From positions 3,189 through 67,188 of the forward strand of contig JABUFB010000019.1 of the NCBI GenBank assembly GCA_013314775.1: a DNA stretch of 64,000 nucleotides. Direction: 5' to 3'. Below, piece after piece: positions 9,912-18,630 of this stretch. The first letter of the stretch is position 1. Each line of letters opens with the position of its first letter. Below the pieces are notes generated by a model. It did no database searches, was not told the origin of the DNA, and saw only the letters and a list, made by a program, of their open reading frames with translations. A program made the position numbers and the translations under genes. The stretch comes from Armatimonadota bacterium (GTDB taxonomy: Bacteria > Armatimonadota > Zipacnadia > Zipacnadales > JABUFB01).

Positions 9912-11459
9912 ATGGGTCGCGCCCCTGTGAGCGCCGAGAGCCTGCCGTCCGGCCTGGCTCTCGTGATCCTGCTACTGCTCGTAGTGGTCTGCCAGCTGCT
10001 GGCCTTCGTGGTGACGGGACGTGATTCCGGCCCCGATTCCGACGAGGCGCTGTTCGCTTACATCGCCCATTTCTGGGCGAAGGGCGACCTCCTGCCATAC
10101 CGCGATGCCTTCGAGAACAAGCCGCCGGGCATCTTCCTCGCCTACCGGCTGTTCATGGGTGACGGCAGCCGAATTCTCGGGGGCACGCGCCTGGCGGCCG
10201 TCTGCGCGCAGCTTCTCGCGGCGGCACTGCTTGGCCTGCTCGTTTCCTCATTCCAAGGAAAGCGCGTAGGCCTGACAGCCGGTCTGCTCGTGGCCGGGTT
10301 CCTGCTAAGACGCGGGCTCCACGGGCACCTCGCCGACACCGAAGCTTTCATGGCGCCGTTCGTCTGTGCCGGCATGCTGGTTGCCTGGCAATCGGTGACG
10401 CGGCAACGCGTCGGCTTTGCGCTCCTTGGCGGCCTGTTCCTCGGCTGCGCGTTTCTGTTCAAACCCGTCGCTGCCGCGGAAACCGCGGCTCTCGCCATCA
10501 GCTTTGTGCTGTTGCGCCTGCCAATGGCCGCTCTGCTGGCTTTGGTCGGCGCGGCGACACCCATCGCGCTGAGCTTCGCTTGGGCCGCTTCCGCCGGGAT
10601 CCTGCGGGAGTACTGGCAGGTGGCCTTCGTCAGCCTCACTGCCCACGACACCCACCCCGCCGCTCTTGGAGACATCTGGCGGTCATTGGGCACATTCCTG
10701 ATGCCCTACCTGCGCACCGATGGTGTCGGGCTGATCGCCCTGGCGGCGCTGGGTCTCGCACCCGGCTGGAAAGCTCCGGCACCCGTGCGGCCTGTGCTCC
10801 TTCTGGCGCGCTGGTGGGCCCTGCTGAGCATTCTGGCCATGGCGGGATCCGGATGGTTCTACCCCCACCAATACAAGCCGGTCGTCCCCGCAGTGGTTCT
10901 GCTTGGGGCCTGCGCGGTGGGGCGCTTCCGGGACCTGGATCGCCAGTGGAGGAATGTAGTTGGCCTCGCTGCGGCTGCATTCCTCGCTCTGTTCCTGTGG
11001 GAGCCGGCGGACTCGATCATGGCCGCCCGCGCTGACAAGGGCGACTGGATCGGGGCACGCAAACCATTGGTGGAGTACATCCAGCGAGAGACGCCTGAGC
11101 GCGAGCCGGTGTACGTCGTGGGCCTGCGAAGCGAGGTCTACATTCTGAGCGACCGCGTTTCACCCAGCCGGTTCTTCAATGTGGTCTTCGTGCAGGGGCA
11201 TGTGGCGGAGCTCATGGACGATCTCACTCGAAATCCACCCGCGGTCATCGCGCTCGATGCCCTGGGTCGGCGCTGCATGCGCGGCGAGTTCGGGAACACG
11301 CTTGGTGGTTTCATTGCGTCGCGCTACACGCGGGCTACGGTGCCGGGCCTCGAGGGCTGGACAGTATACAGGCTGGCCCGTACGCCGCAGGCAGGAGGCG
11401 GTCGCCCCGCACCCATTGGTCCCTCGATGAATGCCATAGGCAGCCCGCAGGAAAAGTAG
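9912..11459 (+). CDS. ArnT/PMT-like (GT39/GT83) membrane glycosyltransferase
   Basis: DSDEALF..IA, LPYRDAFENKPPG, DTE and KP motifs; many TM helices. ATG at 9912 follows GGAG. Confidence 0.75.
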   Translation: MGRAPVSAESLPSGLALVILLLLVVVCQLLAFVVTGRDSGPDSDEALFAYIAHFWAKGDLLPYRDAFENKPPGIFLAYRLFMGDGSRILGGTRLAAVCAQLLAAALLGLLVSSFQGKRVGLTAGLLVAGFLLRRGLHGHLADTEAFMAPFVCAGMLVAWQSVTRQRVGFALLGGLFLGCAFLFKPVAAAETAALAISFVLLRLPMAALLALVGAATPIALSFAWAASAGILREYWQVAFVSLTAHDTHPAALGDIWRSLGTFLMPYLRTDGVGLIALAALGLAPGWKAPAPVRPVLLLARWWALLSILAMAGSGWFYPHQYKPVVPAVVLLGACAVGRFRDLDRQWRNVVGLAAAAFLALFLWEPADSIMAARADKGDWIGARKPLVEYIQRETPEREPVYVVGLRSEVYILSDRVSPSRFFNVVFVQGHVAELMDDLTRNPPAVIALDALGRRCMRGEFGNTLGGFIASRYTRATVPGLEGWTVYRLARTPQAGGGRPAPIGPSMNAIGSPQEK

Positions 11460-11472
11460 GGGAGAGGACAGC

Positions 11473-12660
11473 ATGGCGACCAGCGCCCCGGCACGCCCGC
11501 GGCTCTTCTTCGTCGACTATCTGCGCGGATGGGCAATCATCGGCATGGTTGCCGCCCACTTCTGGCACGTCTTCCTGCGCGAGGACGTGCTGGAGCGCGT
11601 CCACGGGGAATCCGTCTTCTTCGCTCTCACCTTCGCCGCAGGGCTGTTCTTCGGGGTGGTCGGAGTCTCGTGCGCGCTCTTCCTGGGGGAGGAGCGCCCG
11701 GCCGAACGGCGCGTGGAACTGGCCCGGCGCGGCTGGCTGGTGTTCCTCGCCGGTTTCCTGTGGACCCTCATGCTCCGGGATCTTGCGCAGTTCGACTTCC
11801 TGCACTGCATCGGCATCGCGATGGCGACGTGCGGTCTGCTGGCTGTGTCTGCACGGGGCTGGATGGCCGGGCTGGCGCTGATCCCGGTCTGCTGGGGTAT
11901 CGTTGCGTGGCAGCAGACTGCCCTGCCTGCCGGCCTCGAGCCCGCAGGCGGGGTCATTGGCTTCCTGATGAACTCGGTGCTCTTCACGGGGCACTTCCCG
12001 CTGCCGGGCTGGCTCCCGGTGGTATTCCTGGGCTATGCGCTGGGCGTGAGTCTCGTCCAGCAGGGAAACAGCCCCACGCGATTGCTTCGCGCCGTGGCTC
12101 TCGCGTTGGGCGCGGTTCTCACGGCGACGGCCTATCTCGCGGCCTTTCAGGGTTGGGGCCTTTCGAAGATCCCCATCAGCCTCGGGTACTCCATCCTGAC
12201 CTGCGGCGTGTTTGCGCTGTCCTGGGTTCTGTGTTCATCGCTGGAGGGAGTGTCGAAGTGGGTGCCCCTGGGGAACGTCACGGTGACCCTCGGCATGTTC
12301 GCCCTTCCGGCCACCGCGCTCCACTGGCTCATCGGGCGGTCGATCATGCCCCGCCTGCATCTCACGGGAGACATGGGGCTGCCCGGCTACCTGATTGCGA
12401 CGGCGGCCATTCTCGCCCTGATCGCTCTGGCATACAGGCCCTGGATGGCACTGGTCAATGCCTGGAACGACACGCGGCATGGGTGGCTGCGGTCACCATG
12501 GTTTCTTGCGGCGGTCGGGACCCTGAGCTACCTGACGGGCTACGTGGCCCTCGTCCTATGTGAGTTCAGGTTCCACGAGACCATCTCGTCGGTCATCGCC
12601 TGCGGCGGAATTCTCGTTCTGTGTCTGCCCCTGTATTCGCGCCGCGCAAGGAAGCGATGA
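11473..12660 (+). CDS. DUF1624/HGSNAT-like polytopic membrane acyltransferase
   Basis: RLFFVDYLRGWAIIGMVAAH, LHCIG, FPLPGWL; about 10 TM helices. Confidence 0.7.
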   Translation: MATSAPARPRLFFVDYLRGWAIIGMVAAHFWHVFLREDVLERVHGESVFFALTFAAGLFFGVVGVSCALFLGEERPAERRVELARRGWLVFLAGFLWTLMLRDLAQFDFLHCIGIAMATCGLLAVSARGWMAGLALIPVCWGIVAWQQTALPAGLEPAGGVIGFLMNSVLFTGHFPLPGWLPVVFLGYALGVSLVQQGNSPTRLLRAVALALGAVLTATAYLAAFQGWGLSKIPISLGYSILTCGVFALSWVLCSSLEGVSKWVPLGNVTVTLGMFALPATALHWLIGRSIMPRLHLTGDMGLPGYLIATAAILALIALAYRPWMALVNAWNDTRHGWLRSPWFLAAVGTLSYLTGYVALVLCEFRFHETISSVIACGGILVLCLPLYSRRARKR

Positions 12661-12685
12661 CCGGCAGACAGGCTCCGCAAGAACC

Positions 12686-12717
12686 AAAGCCCCCGGGTTG
12701 ATATCCACGGGGGCTTT
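12686..12717. terminator. Probable bidirectional intrinsic terminator
   Basis: AAAGCCCCCG-loop-CGGGGGCTTT between convergent genes. Confidence 0.6.
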
Positions 12718-12759
12718 CCGATGAGCTGGTCCAGGGCCGGTGTCTGTGCCGGTACTCTC

Positions 12760-13047
12760 CTACGCTGCGCGGCGGGTTTTCTCGCGACGCTTCGCTGAGA
12801 CCAGATCCGCCGAATGGTGCATTCTCTCCAGCATCTCAGCTCGCTTGGCCCAGCGCTGTCCTGCCGGCTCGGGGTACAGGTAACGTCGGCCCGAGGTCTT
12901 CGGGCGCGCTGTTGTTCCAGCTGATCGCACCGCTCCCGCCGCGTGACTGTCATGCAGCAAGATCCGCAGGGCCGCGTATGCGACGATCATCAACCCGATA
13001 TGCAGACCATTGAGCGATGTGCTTCCCAGGGGGCAGATCCAGTCCAT
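12760..13047 (-). CDS. Small single-TM protein (95 aa) with a basic tail
   Basis: GGAG RBS before MDWICPLG...; TM segment LHIGLMIVAYAALRILL; consensus promoter directly upstream. Confidence 0.55.
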   Translation of the reverse strand: MDWICPLGSTSLNGLHIGLMIVAYAALRILLHDSHAAGAVRSAGTTARPKTSGRRYLYPEPAGQRWAKRAEMLERMHHSADLVSAKRREKTRRAA

Positions 13048-13084
13048 CGTCGTCAACTCCAGCACGTGCCGCGATGTGGTTATT

Positions 13085-13098
13085 CGAATAACAGTTCG
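13085..13098. promoter_or_regulatory. LexA (Cheo-box-like) operator candidate
   Basis: CGAATAACAGTTCG is CGAAC-N4-GTTCG with one mismatch and abuts the minus-strand -10. It overlaps the perfect palindrome GTTATTCGAATAAC (13079-13092). Confidence 0.5.
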
Positions 13099-13127
13099 AT
13101 ACTACTGCGAAACCAATCCGGTGTCAA
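13099..13127 (-). promoter_or_regulatory. Sigma70-type promoter
   Basis: Minus strand TTGACA-17 bp-TAGTAT. Confidence 0.7.
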
Positions 13128-13251
13128 GATGTAGAAGATTAAGATTTGACTCTATACAGCATTGGACAGATTTCGCGTGGAGTTGGTTCCGCGGCAGGCG
13201 AAGATTGCTACCGGGGGACCCGAACATCCATTCCGTGCGTGTCGGCTCAGC

Positions 13252-13281
13252 TTGACTTGTCGCCCAGACGCCGGGTAGAAT
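13252..13281 (+). promoter_or_regulatory. Sigma70-type promoter for the Zn-ribbon/trmFO unit
   Basis: TTGACT-18 bp-TAGAAT. Confidence 0.6.
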
Positions 13282-13316
13282 CATCGTGCATACTAGTCAT
13301 TCCGAGGGATGTTCCA

Positions 13317-13451
13317 TTGACCTGCAAGCGCTGCCGTTCGGCCATGAAACAGACCCGCGGCACCCATCACCGTAAGCGCAAGTTCATCTGCCCGCAGTGC
13401 GGGCGCGTTGCCATGCAGGAGACCAACGCCAGGCGCAGAGCGCAGGCGTAG
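13317..13451 (+). CDS. 44-aa zinc-ribbon microprotein
   Basis: TTG start after GAGGGA; MTCKRCRSAMKQTRGTHHRKRKFICPQCGR has two CxxC pairs. Confidence 0.55.
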   Translation: MTCKRCRSAMKQTRGTHHRKRKFICPQCGRVAMQETNARRRAQA

Positions 13452-13499
13452 CGGGGTCGCGTCACAGACAGCCCCGACTGCGACAGGAAATCCGCTGAG

Positions 13500-13721
13500 A
13501 TGAATCCGGCCGCCAGCAATTGGGTACTCGCCATCGTTGCCGTTGTCGCGCTCGGACTGCTCTGGCAGCAGGTTTTCGCGATGACCGGCGTGCTTTGGTG
13601 GGATGCCCCCAGTGACGTCCAGAAGGTGCCCCGCCCTGCGCCGCCGGTGATCCAGCCACCAGACACGGACTGGGTGGACCTGAAGGCCTACCTGGGGACG
13701 CACCCCGTCTGGCGGCCGTGA
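13500..13721 (+). CDS. Small membrane-anchored hypothetical protein
   Basis: 73 aa with an N-terminal hydrophobic helix and a Pro-rich linker; fills the gap before trmFO. Confidence 0.45.
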   Translation: MNPAASNWVLAIVAVVALGLLWQQVFAMTGVLWWDAPSDVQKVPRPAPPVIQPPDTDWVDLKAYLGTHPVWRP

Positions 13722-13752
13722 ACTCCCCGAACCAATCGAAGGAGATAGACCG

Positions 13753-15084
13753 ATGGCCGCTGATGGCGTTGTCACAATCATCGGCGCCGGCCTTGCCGGG
13801 GCCGAAGCTGCCTATCAGGCATCGCGCCTGGGCGCCAGGGTGGTTCTGTACGAGATGCGCCCCGGCACCATGACACCCGCCCACAAGACGGGCAAGTTCG
13901 CCGAACTTGTGTGCAGCAATTCGCTGAAGTCCAACAGCATGGATCGCGCCGGCGGGATCCTCAAGGAAGAACTCCGCCGCCTCGGGTCGCTGATCCTGCG
14001 CTGCGCCGACGCGACCGCAGTCCCGGCCGGCAGCGCTCTCGCGGTGGACCGCGAACGCTTCGCGGACATGGTCACCGCCACTATCGAGAGTGACCCGAAC
14101 ATCGAGATCCGCCGCGAGGAGGTCACTGCCGTGCCCTCCGAGGGCATGACCATTCTCGCCAGCGGTCCGCTCACATCCCAGCCCCTGGCCCGCTCTTTGT
14201 TCAGCATCACGGGGCAGAAGTATCTCTTCTTCTACGATGCAATCTCGCCCATTGTGGACGCTGATTCCATCGATCGGGACAAGGTTTTCCTGGCCTCCCG
14301 CTATGGTAAAGGCGAAGCGGCCTATATCAACTGCCCAATGTCTGAGGAGCAGTACAACGAGTTCTATGACGCTCTCATGGCCGCCGAGATCTCCCTGCAT
14401 GCCGACGTGGACCCCAATGAACTGTTCGAAGGGTGCCTGCCCGTGGAAGTCATCGCTTCTCGCGGCCATGAGGCCCTGCGCTTCGGCCCCATGAAACCCG
14501 TGGGCCTCATCGACCCTCGCACCGGTCACCAGCCCTTCGCCGTGGTCCAATTGCGCGCCGAGAATCAGGAGCTGACCATGTACAACCTGGTCGGTTTCCA
14601 GACATCCCTGAAATGGGGCGAGCAGGCCCGGGTCTTCCGCATGATTCCCGGCCTGGAGAACGCCGAGTTCCTGCGCTACGGCCAAGTCCACCGCAACACA
14701 TACGTCAACGCGCCCACGCTCCTGAAGCCCACCTTCCAGTTCCGCAGCCGCGATGACCTTTTCTGCGCCGGGCAGCTTACCGGCGTCGAGGGTTACATGG
14801 AGTCCACCGGCGCGGGGCTCATTTCGGGTATCAATGCCGCTCGCATGCTGTCCGGGCAGGAGCCCATCGCCTTGCCCCGCGAGACTGTCATGGGGGCCCT
14901 TGCCTATCACATCTGCAACGCCGACCCCGAGAGCTTCCAGCCGATGAATGCGAACTTCGGTGTGCTGCCGCCTGCCGACGGCCCGCGCAAGATGCGCAAG
15001 TCCCAGAAGAAGGAACTCCGCGGCAGGGCCTGCCTGGAAGCCCTTGACGAGTTCATCCGCCAGACGGGATTGCAGGTGGGCTGA
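13753..15084 (+). CDS. trmFO: Folate/FAD-dependent tRNA (uracil-5)-methyltransferase TrmFO
   Basis: IIGAGLAGAEAA, AELVCSNS, FFYDAISPI, FEGCLPVE, GPMKPVGL, HRNTY, GQLTGVEGY. Confidence 0.97.
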   Translation: MAADGVVTIIGAGLAGAEAAYQASRLGARVVLYEMRPGTMTPAHKTGKFAELVCSNSLKSNSMDRAGGILKEELRRLGSLILRCADATAVPAGSALAVDRERFADMVTATIESDPNIEIRREEVTAVPSEGMTILASGPLTSQPLARSLFSITGQKYLFFYDAISPIVDADSIDRDKVFLASRYGKGEAAYINCPMSEEQYNEFYDALMAAEISLHADVDPNELFEGCLPVEVIASRGHEALRFGPMKPVGLIDPRTGHQPFAVVQLRAENQELTMYNLVGFQTSLKWGEQARVFRMIPGLENAEFLRYGQVHRNTYVNAPTLLKPTFQFRSRDDLFCAGQLTGVEGYMESTGAGLISGINAARMLSGQEPIALPRETVMGALAYHICNADPESFQPMNANFGVLPPADGPRKMRKSQKKELRGRACLEALDEFIRQTGLQVG

Positions 15085-15120
15085 AAGGACTCGGGCAATA
15101 GGAGCTGAGGTGGAGGGAAA

Positions 15121-16065
15121 GTGACGGGACATCCCGGCGGCGTTGCTGCCTTGGACGGCTTCCTGGACTACCTCGTGCACGTCCGGCGCGTTTCCCCGAA
15201 TACCGCTGAGGCGTACGCGCGCGACCTCCTCGACTTCACCGAGTTCCTCGAGCACCTCTGGGGACCCGCCCGTGCCTGTGACTGGCCCGCCGTCGATTAC
15301 CCGGTGGTGCGCAGTTACCTGGCGCATCTGTCGCGCCGGGCCCTGGAAAAAACCACGGTCGCTCGGAAGCTAACTGCCCTGCGTGCGTTGTTCAGGTATC
15401 TTGTGGCTACCGGCGTTGTGCAGGCCAATCCGGCAGCCCTCGCGGCATCGCCCAAGAAAGCAGCGCATCTTCCGGAGATTCTGCACGACTACGAACTGGC
15501 GGCCCTGCTGGAGACGCCGGATACATCAACGCCGCTGGGCATGCGCGACCGGGCGATTCTCGAGCTTTTCTACGCGACCGGGGTCCGGCTGTCCGAACTC
15601 CATGCCCTGAACGTGGACGATCCAAGTTTCGAGAGCCGCTCCATCCGCGTCGTGGGCAAGCGCAACAAGGAGCGCGTGGTCTTCTTCGGCGAACCTGCGG
15701 CGGACGCATTGCGCGAGTATCTTGACTCAGCGCGTCCCGTCCTGTTGGCGGCGCGGGTGGGTACCGGGGAGGAGCCTGCCCTGTTCCTGAACCGTTTCGG
15801 CGGGCGCCTGTCGAAAGAGGGCATCGCCCGGCGCGTTCGCCGGCATGTGCTGGACGCGGCGGTGATTCACCGCGTGTCGCCCCATGCTCTGCGGCACACC
15901 TTCGCGACCCACCTGCTGGATAACGGCGCCGACCTGCGGGCCATCCAGGAACTTCTGGGTCACGTGAATCTCGCCACGACCGGCATCTACACGCATGTGA
16001 GCGCCGAGCGCCTGCGGCGAAGCTACGACCAGGCGCATCCGTTGTCGGATCGCCGGGAGCAGTGA
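15121..16065 (+). CDS. xerC: Tyrosine recombinase XerC
   Basis: RDRAILELFYATGVRLSE, GKRNKER, HALRHTFATHLLDNGADLR.IQELLGH..LATTGIYTHV; trmFO-hslVU context. Confidence 0.9.
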   Translation: MTGHPGGVAALDGFLDYLVHVRRVSPNTAEAYARDLLDFTEFLEHLWGPARACDWPAVDYPVVRSYLAHLSRRALEKTTVARKLTALRALFRYLVATGVVQANPAALAASPKKAAHLPEILHDYELAALLETPDTSTPLGMRDRAILELFYATGVRLSELHALNVDDPSFESRSIRVVGKRNKERVVFFGEPAADALREYLDSARPVLLAARVGTGEEPALFLNRFGGRLSKEGIARRVRRHVLDAAVIHRVSPHALRHTFATHLLDNGADLRAIQELLGHVNLATTGIYTHVSAERLRRSYDQAHPLSDRREQ

Positions 16066-16107
16066 AAGACGGCCGGGCACCGGCCCGGCCAGGGGAGATA
16101 GACAATC

Positions 16108-16641
16108 ATGAAAGTTCGATCAACCACCGTCCTGGCAGTGCGGCGAGACGGTATCACTGCAATCGCTGGAGATGGACAGATCACCGTGGGTGACACGGTG
16201 CTGAAAAGCAACACGAGCAAGCTGCGAACCCTGCGAGGCGGCAAGATCGTGGTTGGGTATGCCGGCGCCGCCGCCGATGCCCTCGCCCTCTTCGAGCGCC
16301 TCGAAGCCAAGCTCGATGAGTACTCCGGCAATGTTCAGCGTGCCTGCGTTGAACTTGTGAAACAGTGGCGCATGGACAAGGCGCTGCGGCATTTGGACGC
16401 GATTCTCATCGTCGCCGATCGAGACAACCTTCTGCTTGTCTCGGGAACGGGAGATGTCGTGACGCCTGATGATGATGTCATCGGCATCGGTTCGGGCGGT
16501 CCTTTTGCCCAGGCAGCCGCCATCGCCATGCTTCGTCACACGAAGATGGGTGCGGAGAAGATCGCGCGCGAGGCCTTGGCCATCGCCGCGGATATCTGCA
16601 TCTATACCAATGACCACATCACCGTGGAGGTCCTGAAGTGA
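16108..16641 (+). CDS. hslV: ATP-dependent protease subunit HslV
   Basis: [30 protein letters not shown]. Confidence 0.97.
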   Translation: MKVRSTTVLAVRRDGITAIAGDGQITVGDTVLKSNTSKLRTLRGGKIVVGYAGAAADALALFERLEAKLDEYSGNVQRACVELVKQWRMDKALRHLDAILIVADRDNLLLVSGTGDVVTPDDDVIGIGSGGPFAQAAAIAMLRHTKMGAEKIAREALAIAADICIYTNDHITVEVLK

Positions 16642-18047
16642 TTGAGGGCGAGCTGACACCCCGGCAGATCGTGGAAGAGCTGGACAAGTACATCATCGGC
16701 CAAGACCAGGCGAAGCGCGCTGTGGCCGTGGCTCTACGCAACCGTGCCCGCAGGCGGCAGGTTCCTGAAGACCTGCGCGACGAGATCATCCCCAAGAACA
16801 TCTTGATGATCGGACCCACCGGTGTGGGCAAGACCGAGATCGCCCGGCGCCTTGCGAACCTCGCCAATGCGCCGTTCATCAAGGTTGAGGCCACCAAGTT
16901 CACGGAAGTCGGCTATGTGGGTCGCGACGTGGAGTCCATCATCCGTGACCTTGTGGACACTGCATACCACATGGTGGAGGAAGAGTACTTCGAGGACGTC
17001 TGGGACGAAGCGGAACGTCGTGCCGAAGAGCGCCTCCTCGAGGCCCTCTGTGGGGCAGCTCGCGATCAGGAACCACGTGAGCCAGCCACGTTGTCCAGTG
17101 ACAGCATCACCGATCTCGCCACCCTCGAGGAGCAACACAGGCGCGCGGAGCAGTTGCGCGCCCAGCATGAGCGCGTCCGGCAGTTCACTGAACGCCGATT
17201 GCGCGACCAGGAACTCGAGGACGAGCAGGTGGACATCGAGGTCGAGGAGAGCAACTGGCAGACAATGCAGGTCTTCTCAGCCGCGGGGCTCGAGGAGATG
17301 GGCTTCAACATGCAAGATATGCTCGGCAGCATGTTCCCCGCGAAGAAGACCACCAAGCGCATGACTGTCGCGGAAGCCCGACGGGTTCTCACCTACCAGG
17401 AAGCCGAGAAGCTCGTGGATCAGCAGGAAGTTGCGCGCGAAGCCCTTGAGCGGGTGGAAGAGAGCGCCATCGTCTTTCTCGACGAGATCGACAAGATCGC
17501 CGGCCGCGAGACGGGTCATGGGCCGGAAGTCTCCCGCGAGGGCGTGCAGCGCGACATCCTGCCCATCATCGAGGGCTCCACGGTGATGACGAAGTACGGG
17601 CCGGTGGAGACCAGCCACATCCTGTTCATCGCTGCCGGGGCCTTCCACGTCTCCAAGCCTTCGGACCTCATCCCCGAACTCCAGGGGCGCTTCCCGATCC
17701 GCGTGGAGCTCAAGAGCCTCACCGAAGAGGACTTCTGCCGCATTCTCGTGGAGCCGGAGAACTCACTGGTGCGCCAGTACACCGCCCTGATGCGGACCGA
17801 AGGCGTGGAACTCGAGTTCACCGAGGACGCGCGCAATGAGATCGCCCGTCTGGCCCGCCAGGTCAACGAGTCCGCCGAGAATATCGGCGCGCGTCGACTG
17901 TATACCATGATGGAAAAGCTGCTGGAGGAACTGTCTTTCGCCGCGCCGGAGATCGGCGAGCAGCGCGTGGTTGTGGATTCCGCGTACGTCCGGGCCCAGC
18001 TCAAGGACGTAGTCGCCGATCAGGACCTGAGCCGCTATATGCTCTGA
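16638..18047 (+). CDS. hslU: ATP-dependent protease ATPase subunit HslU
   Basis: [59 protein letters not shown]. Confidence 0.97.
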   Translation: MIEGELTPRQIVEELDKYIIGQDQAKRAVAVALRNRARRRQVPEDLRDEIIPKNILMIGPTGVGKTEIARRLANLANAPFIKVEATKFTEVGYVGRDVESIIRDLVDTAYHMVEEEYFEDVWDEAERRAEERLLEALCGAARDQEPREPATLSSDSITDLATLEEQHRRAEQLRAQHERVRQFTERRLRDQELEDEQVDIEVEESNWQTMQVFSAAGLEEMGFNMQDMLGSMFPAKKTTKRMTVAEARRVLTYQEAEKLVDQQEVAREALERVEESAIVFLDEIDKIAGRETGHGPEVSREGVQRDILPIIEGSTVMTKYGPVETSHILFIAAGAFHVSKPSDLIPELQGRFPIRVELKSLTEEDFCRILVEPENSLVRQYTALMRTEGVELEFTEDARNEIARLARQVNESAENIGARRLYTMMEKLLEELSFAAPEIGEQRVVVDSAYVRAQLKDVVADQDLSRYML

Positions 18048-18084
18048 TGTGTCGCCTGCCCTGCGCCACCGGGGAACATCGACC

Positions 18085-18618
18085 ATGGCAAGACAGGCAT
18101 CGAGGATTGCATTCAACCTGTTAGGCGCCGCGCTCGGGCTGCGCGACCGTTTCTTGCCGCCCGAGCGCGTGCTGCATGAAGCGGAGATCCGGTCAGGCAT
18201 GACGGTGATCGACTACGGCTGCGGCACGGGGTCCTTCATCCTGCCCGTTGCCGGACTCGTGGGAGAGACGGGCGCGGTCCTGGCTGTCGACGTGAATCCC
18301 CTCGCCGTCGAACGGGTCGCTCGCATTGCCGGTGCCAATGGATTGACGAATGTGCGGGCGCTCCGATCCGACTGCTCGATCGATCTGCCCGATGGGTCCG
18401 TGGATGTGGCTCTGCTGTACGACGTTCTCCATCACCTGCGGCCGCCCGAGCCCGTGCTATGCGAACTGCACCGGGTTCTCAAGGCCCACGGCAGGCTCTC
18501 GCTGAGCGACCACCATATGAACCCCAAAGCTATCGTGCACTGCGTCACGGCGACCGGGCAGTACCGTCTTGCGCGCCGTGATCGCTACACCCACACCTTC
18601 GTCCCGGTGCGTGACTGA
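18085..18618 (+). CDS. Class I SAM-dependent methyltransferase
   Basis: VIDYGCGTG, AVDVN, LPDGSVDVALLYDVLHH, HRVLK. Confidence 0.85.
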   Translation: MARQASRIAFNLLGAALGLRDRFLPPERVLHEAEIRSGMTVIDYGCGTGSFILPVAGLVGETGAVLAVDVNPLAVERVARIAGANGLTNVRALRSDCSIDLPDGSVDVALLYDVLHHLRPPEPVLCELHRVLKAHGRLSLSDHHMNPKAIVHCVTATGQYRLARRDRYTHTFVPVRD

Positions 18619-18630
18619 GCCTGATTCAGC

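Noticed and set aside
15121..16065. Mobile-element integrase
   Set aside because: It sits in the conserved trmFO-xerC-hslV-hslU housekeeping operon.
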